Of a stretch of 16,716 bases of DNA, positions 1 to 7,193 are shown one piece after another. Position numbers and translations under genes: made by a program. The notes under the pieces are model-generated. The model was not told the DNA's origin, did no database searches, and worked only from the letters and a program-made list of their open reading frames with translations. Numbering within the stretch: position 1 is the first letter of the stretch; the number at the start of each line of letters is the position of its first letter. The DNA comes from Oligoflexus sp. (lineage in GTDB: Bacteria; Bdellovibrionota_B; Oligoflexia; Oligoflexales; Oligoflexaceae), in the NCBI GenBank assembly GCA_041736305.1, contig JBGSTX010000295.1:1-16716 (forward strand). Reading direction: 5' to 3'.

Positions 1-1155
1 GATGCCAACGTAACGACTCTGATCGCAGCTTTTGTCCTTTTGGAAACCAGCTCCTCTGGTCCCATCAAAGGCTTCTCTATCTCCCTTATCTTAGGTCTTC
101 TGGTTTCGCTTTTTACGGCTCTTTCCGTCACCCGCATGCTCTTCTATATAGTCTTGAGCCGCGCTAAGACAGATGCCGAAGTAAAACGGTGGCTGGGTTG
201 GTCGAACGTTCAAAAAGCGCAGAATAGTCCTAAGCGCGCCTTTGATTTTCTTAAGTATGGCAAATTAATAACGGGTATCGGTCTGGCTATTATTCTTTCA
301 GTCCTCGTGCTGGCAGGCACTTTAGGCTTCAACTGGGCCGTGGACTTTGCTGGTGGTACTGAAATGGAAGTGACTTTCAAAAAGCCGCTCACTTCTGAAA
401 ATCTGCGTACTGCCCTGGAAACAGCGGGTATCAAAGAGCCTTCGGTACAAGCTGTCGGTGAGAAAGACCAGCACTATCTGGTTCGCTTTGAAGGCAGCAG
501 TCTCGATTCTGCTGACCAGAAAGTGAATCCTGAGCAGGCGAATTCTATTCGCTCAAACGTCATCACACAGCTCAAAGATTTCGAGCCCGACGTGCAGAGG
601 GTTGAATACGTTGGCCCGGCGATCGGTAAAGAGCTCCGCAGGCAGGGCATACTCTCTATCATCTGGGCGGTACTTGGCATCTTAATTTATGTTGGACTTC
701 GCTTCGATATGCGCTTCACGCCTGGTGCGATGGCGAAGATGGTGCAGGATGTCTTTTGCGTCCTGGCCTTCTATCTCTTCTTCCAGAGATCCTTCGATCT
801 CACGGCGGTGGCGGGAGTCCTGACTGTCGTTGGTTATTCAGTTAACGATGTCATCGTTATCTACGACCGCATCAGGGAGAACATCATGAATTTCCCCCGG
901 CGCAAGCTCTACGATAATATCAACGTCGCCCTGAACGAGACTTTAGCTCGCTCGATCAACACTTCGATTGCGTCGATGATTTCGCTGGTTGGAATCCTGA
1001 TCTTCGGCACATCACAAATTCTGAACTTCGCCCTCGCGATGATGGTCGGTATCGTCTCAGCGACGATCACCTCCTCTTTCCTCGCAACTTCTTTTGTGTT
1101 GTGGTCGGAAGAGTGGCGTCAGAAGAAGGCCATAAAAGTGGGCACCGGTGCGTAG
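1..1155 (+). CDS. secDF: Fused protein translocase subunit SecDF (5'-truncated by window edge)
   Basis: Frame is open from base 1 (DANVTTLIAAFVLLETSSSGPIKGFSISL = SecD C-terminal motif). It continues without a stop into SecF motifs: VDFAGGT, VGPAIGKEL, YVGLRF, LTVVGYSVNDVIVIYDRIRE, ETLARSINTS. The TTG at 40 is not the real start. Confidence 0.95.
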   Translation, partial: DANVTTLIAAFVLLETSSSGPIKGFSISLILGLLVSLFTALSVTRMLFYIVLSRAKTDAEVKRWLGWSNVQKAQNSPKRAFDFLKYGKLITGIGLAIILSVLVLAGTLGFNWAVDFAGGTEMEVTFKKPLTSENLRTALETAGIKEPSVQAVGEKDQHYLVRFEGSSLDSADQKVNPEQANSIRSNVITQLKDFEPDVQRVEYVGPAIGKELRRQGILSIIWAVLGILIYVGLRFDMRFTPGAMAKMVQDVFCVLAFYLFFQRSFDLTAVAGVLTVVGYSVNDVIVIYDRIRENIMNFPRRKLYDNINVALNETLARSINTSIASMISLVGILIFGTSQILNFALAMMVGIVSATITSSFLATSFVLWSEEWRQKKAIKVGTGA

Positions 1156-1169
1156 GCACCCGTGCCCGC
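1138..1169. terminator. GC-rich hairpin between convergent secDF and the 122-aa gene (possible terminator or mRNA 3' stabiliser)
   Basis: GTGGGCACCGGTGC-GTAG-GCACCCGTGCCCGC: 14-bp near-perfect stem with the secDF stop codon in the loop; no clear U-tract. Confidence 0.5.
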
Positions 1170-1194
1170 TCTAGGCATCACAAGTTCCTATCGA

Positions 1195-1563
1195 TTAGAG
1201 AAGCTCCATGTCCGTGATGGAGCTTCCAGATAGAATGTCTGAGTACTGGAAGTCTTTGGTTGGGATGACATCGTTCTTGCGTGAAGTAGATTTGAAAGTC
1301 TCTTGATAGACTGCGCATTCAATGTAGTCAAAAACGCCGGGAAAAGGATGATTGATGCATTCCATGACGGGTTCAACTTCGCCCTTCTTGCTAGGCTTCT
1401 TGATAGGCTTTTTGGGGCCTTTGGCCTTGAGATCCTCAGGGACTTGATCCTGAGCCAGATGCTTCTTCATGATGAGTCCGCAAAGGTTCTTGAAGTCAAT
1501 CGCCTTGGAGTCTTGATTATACTGACCATGGCGCACGAGGTGAGGACAACGCTTGCACAGCAT
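1195..1563 (-). CDS. Hypothetical protein, 122 aa, Cys-containing, possibly metal-binding
   Basis: ATG preceded by AGGAAAGG RBS; CKRCPH plus three more Cys; Lys/Pro-rich linker; upstream sigma70-like promoter. Confidence 0.75.
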   Translation of the reverse strand: MLCKRCPHLVRHGQYNQDSKAIDFKNLCGLIMKKHLAQDQVPEDLKAKGPKKPIKKPSKKGEVEPVMECINHPFPGVFDYIECAVYQETFKSTSRKNDVIPTKDFQYSDILSGSSITDMELL

Positions 1564-1678
1564 CCAGCAGCCTTTCCTAGCAATGCAGGCGACGCACGCG
1601 ACAATATAATTCTAAGACCTGCTGTCTCAGGCTAAGTGTCTACGCTGTCAACCATTAATTTTTCGATGGAGTAGGGTC

Positions 1679-1707
1679 ATCTTAGGCGAAGCCAAATAGC
1701 AGTGCAA
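1679..1707 (-). promoter_or_regulatory. Sigma70-type promoter for the 122-aa gene
   Basis: Minus strand TTGCAC-17 nt-TAAGAT, about 115 nt upstream of the ATG at 1563. Confidence 0.5.
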
Positions 1708-1886
1708 GGCGAAAATATTTGTAATTTTTGGGAAAATTCGTTTTAGCCCTCTTAGAAAAAGGGCCCCTTTCGCTGGATTATTAAGCCCTTATGACTTTGT
1801 TGCTCCGGCGATTCAAGAGTCCGCAAAAGGGCGGAGTTTGCCTAGAAATCTTGATGAGTATTAGTGGTTTAAAAGGTATTTCTTTT

Positions 1887-3272
1887 ATGGAATTCGATGC
1901 GCTATTTTCGAAACGATCGACGCATATCAAACCAGGCCTTGAGCGGATAGCTCGAAGCTATGAATATTTAGCTCGTCCTGCGAAAGATATTCCTTCGGTT
2001 CTCATCGGTGGCACCAATGGCAAAGGCAGCACGAGCGGGTTTCTCTGGTCACTCATTGCCGCCAACCAACTTGAAGCAGCGCTCTTCACCTCGCCTCATC
2101 TGGCCGCATTTTCTGAACGCTTTCAACTCTCATTACAGCCCACATCCGACGCAGAAATCTCCACTTACATAGAGCATTTGAAAGAAAGTCTAACGACTGA
2201 GCTTTATGATGAGCTGTCTTTTTTCGAGGCGACGACTCTGATCGCCTTTCAACTTTTCGCAGAGCGACAGGCGCGTTTTCAGGTTCTCGAAGTCGGCCTT
2301 GGCGGACGTTGGGACGCGACCAATATCAGCGATCCAGCTGCCTCTGTGCTGGTCAGCGTCTCACTCGATCATGCGGAATATTTGGGCAGTGATCTCGAAG
2401 GAATTCTCCGCGAGAAGCTCGGTATTATGCGCCAGGGCCGACCCTTTTTCTGGGGAGGCGGAGGCGAAATATTAGAACTGCCGCAGCATCGATCGATTAT
2501 CGAAGAGGAAGCTAAGGCTAAAGGGGCTCAGCTTATAGTCGCAGACGAGCACTTTGCATTTGACGAAGCCGCAGCGTGCATCCGACTTAATCTCCCCAAC
2601 CTAGCGCCGCTGACTCTAGCGTTGACCCCTCACTGGCAGGGGCTGCCCCGTTTTCTTTTGAAGAATCTAAGTCTCGCAGCCGCTGTTTACTGCTGGCTCA
2701 GCCAAAGAGAAAGTGCCTATGGGCTCTTGCCATTGGCTGAGGTCTGGGACAATTTTCTTGAGGGGAAACAGGCCAGTCCGGTAAGTCTGATTGGGCGCTG
2801 CCAGCGGCTCAGCGCGGGGCCTGGGTCACAGAAGTTCCTGGTAGACGTCTGTCACAATCCGGACGGAGCGCGGAACTTCGTTGCGTCCGTGAAGGCTCGG
2901 CGAGGAGAGCAGGGGCGTCCTCTCGGGGCTCTCGTTTCGGTTTTGCGCGACAAAGATTACGATCTTATCTTAGATATCTTGCGTTCTGCTTTTCAGCCTG
3001 TAATGCTCTTTGGCATCGAGCATACTCGAGCATGGGAGCCGGAGATCTTAGCGAGCCGACATCGTGATCTTCCCTTCTTTCCGAATTTTCAGGCAGCGTT
3101 GGATGCGCTGCAAGGGCAGAAAGGATCTTCAGAGCCGCGGCCCTGGGCTGTTTGCGGATCAGTATTAGCTGTAGGTCAGGTCCTGCAGAGTTTGGACGTG
3201 TCACCGAAGGACATGCATGTTGCGAGAGTTATTGGCGGTGATTGGCCTTGGGCTGATCTTCAGCAGTCTTAA
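1887..3272 (+). CDS. folC: Bifunctional folylpolyglutamate synthase/dihydrofolate synthase
   Basis: GGTNGKGST P-loop, FTSPHL, SFFEATT, LEVGLGGRWDATN, SLDHAEYLG, EKLGI, DVCHNPDG, DKD, CGS motifs. ATG 1887 (AAAAGGT upstream) fits better than 1791. Confidence 0.95.
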   Translation: MEFDALFSKRSTHIKPGLERIARSYEYLARPAKDIPSVLIGGTNGKGSTSGFLWSLIAANQLEAALFTSPHLAAFSERFQLSLQPTSDAEISTYIEHLKESLTTELYDELSFFEATTLIAFQLFAERQARFQVLEVGLGGRWDATNISDPAASVLVSVSLDHAEYLGSDLEGILREKLGIMRQGRPFFWGGGGEILELPQHRSIIEEEAKAKGAQLIVADEHFAFDEAAACIRLNLPNLAPLTLALTPHWQGLPRFLLKNLSLAAAVYCWLSQRESAYGLLPLAEVWDNFLEGKQASPVSLIGRCQRLSAGPGSQKFLVDVCHNPDGARNFVASVKARRGEQGRPLGALVSVLRDKDYDLILDILRSAFQPVMLFGIEHTRAWEPEILASRHRDLPFFPNFQAALDALQGQKGSSEPRPWAVCGSVLAVGQVLQSLDVSPKDMHVARVIGGDWPWADLQQS

Positions 3273-6200
3273 TAATCTCAGGGCACAGGAAGCTAGGAGC
3301 CCTAGTGAGAGTGAAATTCCTGACCTGGAACTTAATTCAGGTGAAGGTGTGCTCTACGATGCGCGCTCCTACGGCTTCGATCGTGGAGGGAATACCTATT
3401 TCTTCGACGGCGATGTGGTGCTTATCGGCGGTGGTTATGTCATAACCGCTGATAAAATAGTCGTCGAATACTTTAAAAAAGAAATGACGGCAAGCGGCCA
3501 CGTTCTCTTTATTCACCAAAATCAGATATTCACCGGCGAACAGGTTCACATTCAGTGGGATACCGGCGATTTTCGAATCAAAGAGGCGGTGCTCGTCGCC
3601 AATGACGCTAAAGAAATTGAAAAAGTCACCCGTCGCGTTCTAGGTCAGTCTGCTGAGGAGCTGAGCTACGAAACGGCGCGAGTCAAACGCTTGCAGGCCA
3701 TCGAAAAAGAAAAAGGCGATTTGAGGGAACTGTTTCGCCTGCAGCCTGGAGAAGAACCTGATCCAGCCACAGTGGGCTCCTACGCGCGTTTACTGGAACA
3801 GCAGAAACTCGTTAGGGAGAGCCAAGCACCGACTCAGGGTGAACGAGATCCGGAGCGCCGTCAGCGATATGAGCGCCGCCGAACGTTTTGGGAGAAGGCG
3901 AGAGCCGAGGCGGCGAAAGACGCCTTACCGCGCGAATTCTATTTCAAAATCGAGGGCGAAGTTCTGGAGCGTGTCGATGGTCATCTCTACCGAGCGAAGG
4001 ACGCGACCTTTACTCCTTGCTTCTGCGAAGCTGATGAGACGCCTGCTTGGGCTTTTCAAGCCGAAACGATCGAAGCGCAGCAAGAGGGTTACATTGATAT
4101 GGTTCATCCTATACTGAAGATCAAAGGCTTGCCTGTACTGTATCTGCCCTACTTGAAGCTCCCGCTGAAAGCCAAGCGACAGTCCGGCTTCCTCCCGCCT
4201 AGCGTGCAAACGGGCGAGGCGAAAAATGGTTTCGTCTATACCCAGCCGGTCTTCTTCGATATAGCTCCCAACGCTGACGCTACCCTGACCACCGATATAT
4301 TCCAGCGGCGCGGTACGCGGCTCGGGCTCGAGACGCGTTATGAGGCAAGGGCTTTTTCAGGATTTCGCTATCAGGTAGAAGGAATCCGGGATACCTCTTG
4401 GCTGCAGCTTGCCAATCAGCGCGAAGACCTTCTCCGCTATCATCTCGAAGAAAGTCCCTTCTGTGCAAGTGAAACAGATCTCATAGCCAGACAATTCTGC
4501 GAGCAGAAGGTGCGGGAAAATCTCGCATCCCCTTCCGATACGCAGCGGGGTAAGCAGGAATGGGAAGGGCGCTATTTTCTTGCACCCCGTCTTTCGCTGG
4601 TCAGCAACGGCAGAATAGTATCCGATCATCGTTATATCGAAGATCTCTATTTGCCCGAAAATTTCATCACAGCCTTTGCCAATTTAAACAATGCCACCCA
4701 GTTCTCAACAGCGAAAGGCAGTCTCAACTTCGATGGCAAAGACTTTTTTGCCTCGATCGGTAGCTCCTATGGTGACAATATTATCAGTGCCGAAAAATAT
4801 TCCGGGCAGCAGGCTCCGCTGATTTTCCAGCTGCAGTCTCGTTACTTTCGTCTGCTGCCTGACGGCATTCTGCCCATGCCGATTTACGCGGAACTTCAGG
4901 CTCGCTCGATCAGCATCGATGAGCAGCGATTCAGCGCCCGAGGACCTTTCAAAGTACAGGATATAAGCCTCGGCGATGGGCAATGGCAGCGCTATGCTCT
5001 GCAGCTGACGACTCCTTTGCTGAGCGATTCTATCGTGCGCATCGATCATTTTGCGGATGCGGAATTGCGCAGAATCGAGCATCAGGGTCTCGATAAGCGC
5101 AATAGCATGGTGCGCTCGTGGCGAACCGGTCTGACTCTCAATCTGCCCATCGATGGAACAGGTCCTCTCCCGGGCTTTTTGCAGTCTAAAAATTCTAAAG
5201 GAACAAGCTATGTCCAACACCTTATGAATTGGAGCCTAAGCGCTTCAGTTAGACCGGTAGTCATACGCGATGGTCCCTACGGTGACATCATCGATGGAAA
5301 GGGGGCGCCTCTAGTCTATTTTCCAAGCGATCGAAAGGTTCTTTATAGCGATGACCGCGACATCGCTGACGAAGATGTTATGGTCCCTCACCAAAGGATC
5401 ACTTTCAGTACCTTCCAGCGTTGGCAGACTTTCGATCGACTCTGGCAAACTCTGCCGGCTCAAGGGGAAACTAAGAACAAAGCCCTGAAGAGAAATCTCG
5501 ATGACTTGAAAGAGCAGGCCCTGCGCGAGCTGCAGGCAGTCAAGGACCAGCCGGTCAAGCGTCCCGAAGACATGTACAGTGAACAAGGGAGTGGCGAGGT
5601 TAAATGGTATGTGCCGCGCTATGCTTCGGTAGATCAGAATCGGGTCGAACCTCTGTGGTTCTCCGCTAGTATTAGCTACGATTATCAGCAGGAAAAACTG
5701 CGGCGGCAGCAGTTGGAGAAAAATGAAGAAATTGAACGCCAAGCGCAGGCAAGTGCCGATCCTGCTACCGCAGAAGCTGTGCGACAGAAAAAGATAGGGT
5801 ATTATGACTTGCCTGAGTCGTGGCAAGGACCTTTCGCCACTCTTGGCATGAACTACAAGGGTTTTTCTCTCTCCAGCGGACTCATCTATAACCTTTACGA
5901 AAGAACTAGCACTTCCCTTAGTTTTGCGTTAGGACTACCTCCTTTTTACAGCTCTCAGCTCGGTCTAGGGTACGTACTTGAGAAGACCCCAGAGCTCAAT
6001 ACCAGTACCAACACCTTTCTTTTTCGGCGCACTAAGACCACGACTCTGGGTTTTACGACGCGCTTGCTCCCCTACATTACTTTGGGGGCTAACCTCATCC
6101 GTAAGCAGGTGGATGATCAGAAAGGGCAGGTTCTGGCTAGTGCAGCTGATCAGAAGGTTCAGTATGGAACTTCCTATCAGTTGGCTTACGATGATTTATC

Positions 6201-6372
6201 AGGCTGCTGGGGCCTCCAGTTTCTTCGTGAAAAAGATTTGAATCAGAACGAAGAGGACGCCAACTATATCTTGCAGCTGGCAGTCATTTTTCTGGGGAAT
6301 CGGCGGTCGGGCGATATTTCTCCAGCTTTTGAGAAAGAGTTCGTTGGCGATCGTGGCCGGACCAATCCTTGA
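3217..6372 (+). CDS. lptD: LPS-assembly outer-membrane protein LptD (enlarged, 1051 aa)
   Basis: Signal peptide, OstA-like jellyroll (GDVVL..ITADKI..ASGHV), ATFTPC..PAW, VLYLPYL..KRQSGFLPP, PVFFDIAPNADATL, RGTRLGLETRY, C-terminal GCWG; located downstream of folC. Confidence 0.88.
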   Translation: MLRELLAVIGLGLIFSSLNNLRAQEARSPSESEIPDLELNSGEGVLYDARSYGFDRGGNTYFFDGDVVLIGGGYVITADKIVVEYFKKEMTASGHVLFIHQNQIFTGEQVHIQWDTGDFRIKEAVLVANDAKEIEKVTRRVLGQSAEELSYETARVKRLQAIEKEKGDLRELFRLQPGEEPDPATVGSYARLLEQQKLVRESQAPTQGERDPERRQRYERRRTFWEKARAEAAKDALPREFYFKIEGEVLERVDGHLYRAKDATFTPCFCEADETPAWAFQAETIEAQQEGYIDMVHPILKIKGLPVLYLPYLKLPLKAKRQSGFLPPSVQTGEAKNGFVYTQPVFFDIAPNADATLTTDIFQRRGTRLGLETRYEARAFSGFRYQVEGIRDTSWLQLANQREDLLRYHLEESPFCASETDLIARQFCEQKVRENLASPSDTQRGKQEWEGRYFLAPRLSLVSNGRIVSDHRYIEDLYLPENFITAFANLNNATQFSTAKGSLNFDGKDFFASIGSSYGDNIISAEKYSGQQAPLIFQLQSRYFRLLPDGILPMPIYAELQARSISIDEQRFSARGPFKVQDISLGDGQWQRYALQLTTPLLSDSIVRIDHFADAELRRIEHQGLDKRNSMVRSWRTGLTLNLPIDGTGPLPGFLQSKNSKGTSYVQHLMNWSLSASVRPVVIRDGPYGDIIDGKGAPLVYFPSDRKVLYSDDRDIADEDVMVPHQRITFSTFQRWQTFDRLWQTLPAQGETKNKALKRNLDDLKEQALRELQAVKDQPVKRPEDMYSEQGSGEVKWYVPRYASVDQNRVEPLWFSASISYDYQQEKLRRQQLEKNEEIERQAQASADPATAEAVRQKKIGYYDLPESWQGPFATLGMNYKGFSLSSGLIYNLYERTSTSLSFALGLPPFYSSQLGLGYVLEKTPELNTSTNTFLFRRTKTTTLGFTTRLLPYITLGANLIRKQVDDQKGQVLASAADQKVQYGTSYQLAYDDLSGCWGLQFLREKDLNQNEEDANYILQLAVIFLGNRRSGDISPAFEKEFVGDRGRTNP

Positions 6373-6422
6373 TTTCTCAAGCTAACGCTAAGAATTTTCA
6401 ACAAACCCTGGGAGGTTTTTCG

Positions 6423-7193
6423 ATGAAAAGAGTGGTACCAAATGCTGGACCAATCAAGTTGGAGGGTTTCAACAACCTCACCAAGGCCTTGAGCTTCAAT
6501 CTCTATGATTTCTGCATCGCGCGCAACGACGAGGAACGCGCAGCATACGTCAAATATATTCACGAACGTTTCAGTGCGAAACGAATCACAGAAATCCTCA
6601 AGGGCATCTGCGATATCATCGAAGCACAGGTCCTCGCGGTCTCCGACCAGGATTACGATCCCTGGGGCGCATCCTCGCTAGTGCTTATGAGCGATATCAA
6701 GGGCAGTGGCGTCGGCGATGTTAAGATGCACCTCGATAAGAGCCATATTTGTGCGCATACCTATCCTGATTTTCGGGTCAATGGCCAGGTTTGCTCCTTC
6801 CGCATCGACATCGACATCGCTACTTGCGGTGAGATCTCGCCTCTGCGGGCCTTGAACTTCATGTTCGAAGCCTTTGAATCAGACGTCGTCGTCGTCGACT
6901 ACGTGGTGCGCGGTTATACCCGCGACGAAGACGGACGTCGGGTCTATATGGACCACGAGCTCCGCAGCATTCAAGATTTCGTTAACGAGAATATTCTTGA
7001 CGACTATCACTGCATAGATATCGCCCTGCAGTCAGACAATATCTGGCAGACAAAGATGCTCAGGACTCGTATGGACGAGGCCTCCTACTTCATCGATAAG
7101 GAAAAAGTCGATCTGAAGAGCGAGGAAAGCCGCCGCTTTCTCGATATGGTCAAGAGCGAAATGCGCGGCGTAGTCTATATGTGGCCTGATTGA
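6423..7193 (+). CDS. speD: S-adenosylmethionine decarboxylase proenzyme (E. coli-type, class 1A)
   Basis: LEGFNNLTKALSF, QDYDPWGAS, HLDK|SHICAHTYP pyruvoyl cleavage site, TCGEISPLRALN, DYVVRGYTRD match E. coli SpeD. ATG 6423 follows GGAGG at 6411. Confidence 0.95.
   Translation: MKRVVPNAGPIKLEGFNNLTKALSFNLYDFCIARNDEERAAYVKYIHERFSAKRITEILKGICDIIEAQVLAVSDQDYDPWGASSLVLMSDIKGSGVGDVKMHLDKSHICAHTYPDFRVNGQVCSFRIDIDIATCGEISPLRALNFMFEAFESDVVVVDYVVRGYTRDEDGRRVYMDHELRSIQDFVNENILDDYHCIDIALQSDNIWQTKMLRTRMDEASYFIDKEKVDLKSEESRRFLDMVKSEMRGVVYMWPD

Noticed and set aside
40-1155. Stand-alone secF starting at TTG 40
   Set aside because: The frame is open upstream and encodes SecD C-terminal motifs, so this is the tail of a fused secDF.
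1303-1635. 110-aa plus-strand ORF
   Set aside because: Antisense shadow of the 122-aa gene, which has the RBS and promoter support.
1646-1651. Perfect TTGACA on the minus strand
   Set aside because: No acceptable -10 hexamer at 16-18 nt spacing.
1791-1886. N-terminal extension of FolC
   Set aside because: No FolC similarity before Met33; ATG 1887 has a plausible RBS.
4705-5826. Two 171-aa minus-strand ORFs (and other short ORFs nested in large genes)
   Set aside because: Antisense or out-of-frame shadows within well-supported genes; no recognisable motifs.
6884-6900. GTC tandem repeat
   Set aside because: Simply encodes the Val run DVVVVD in SpeD.
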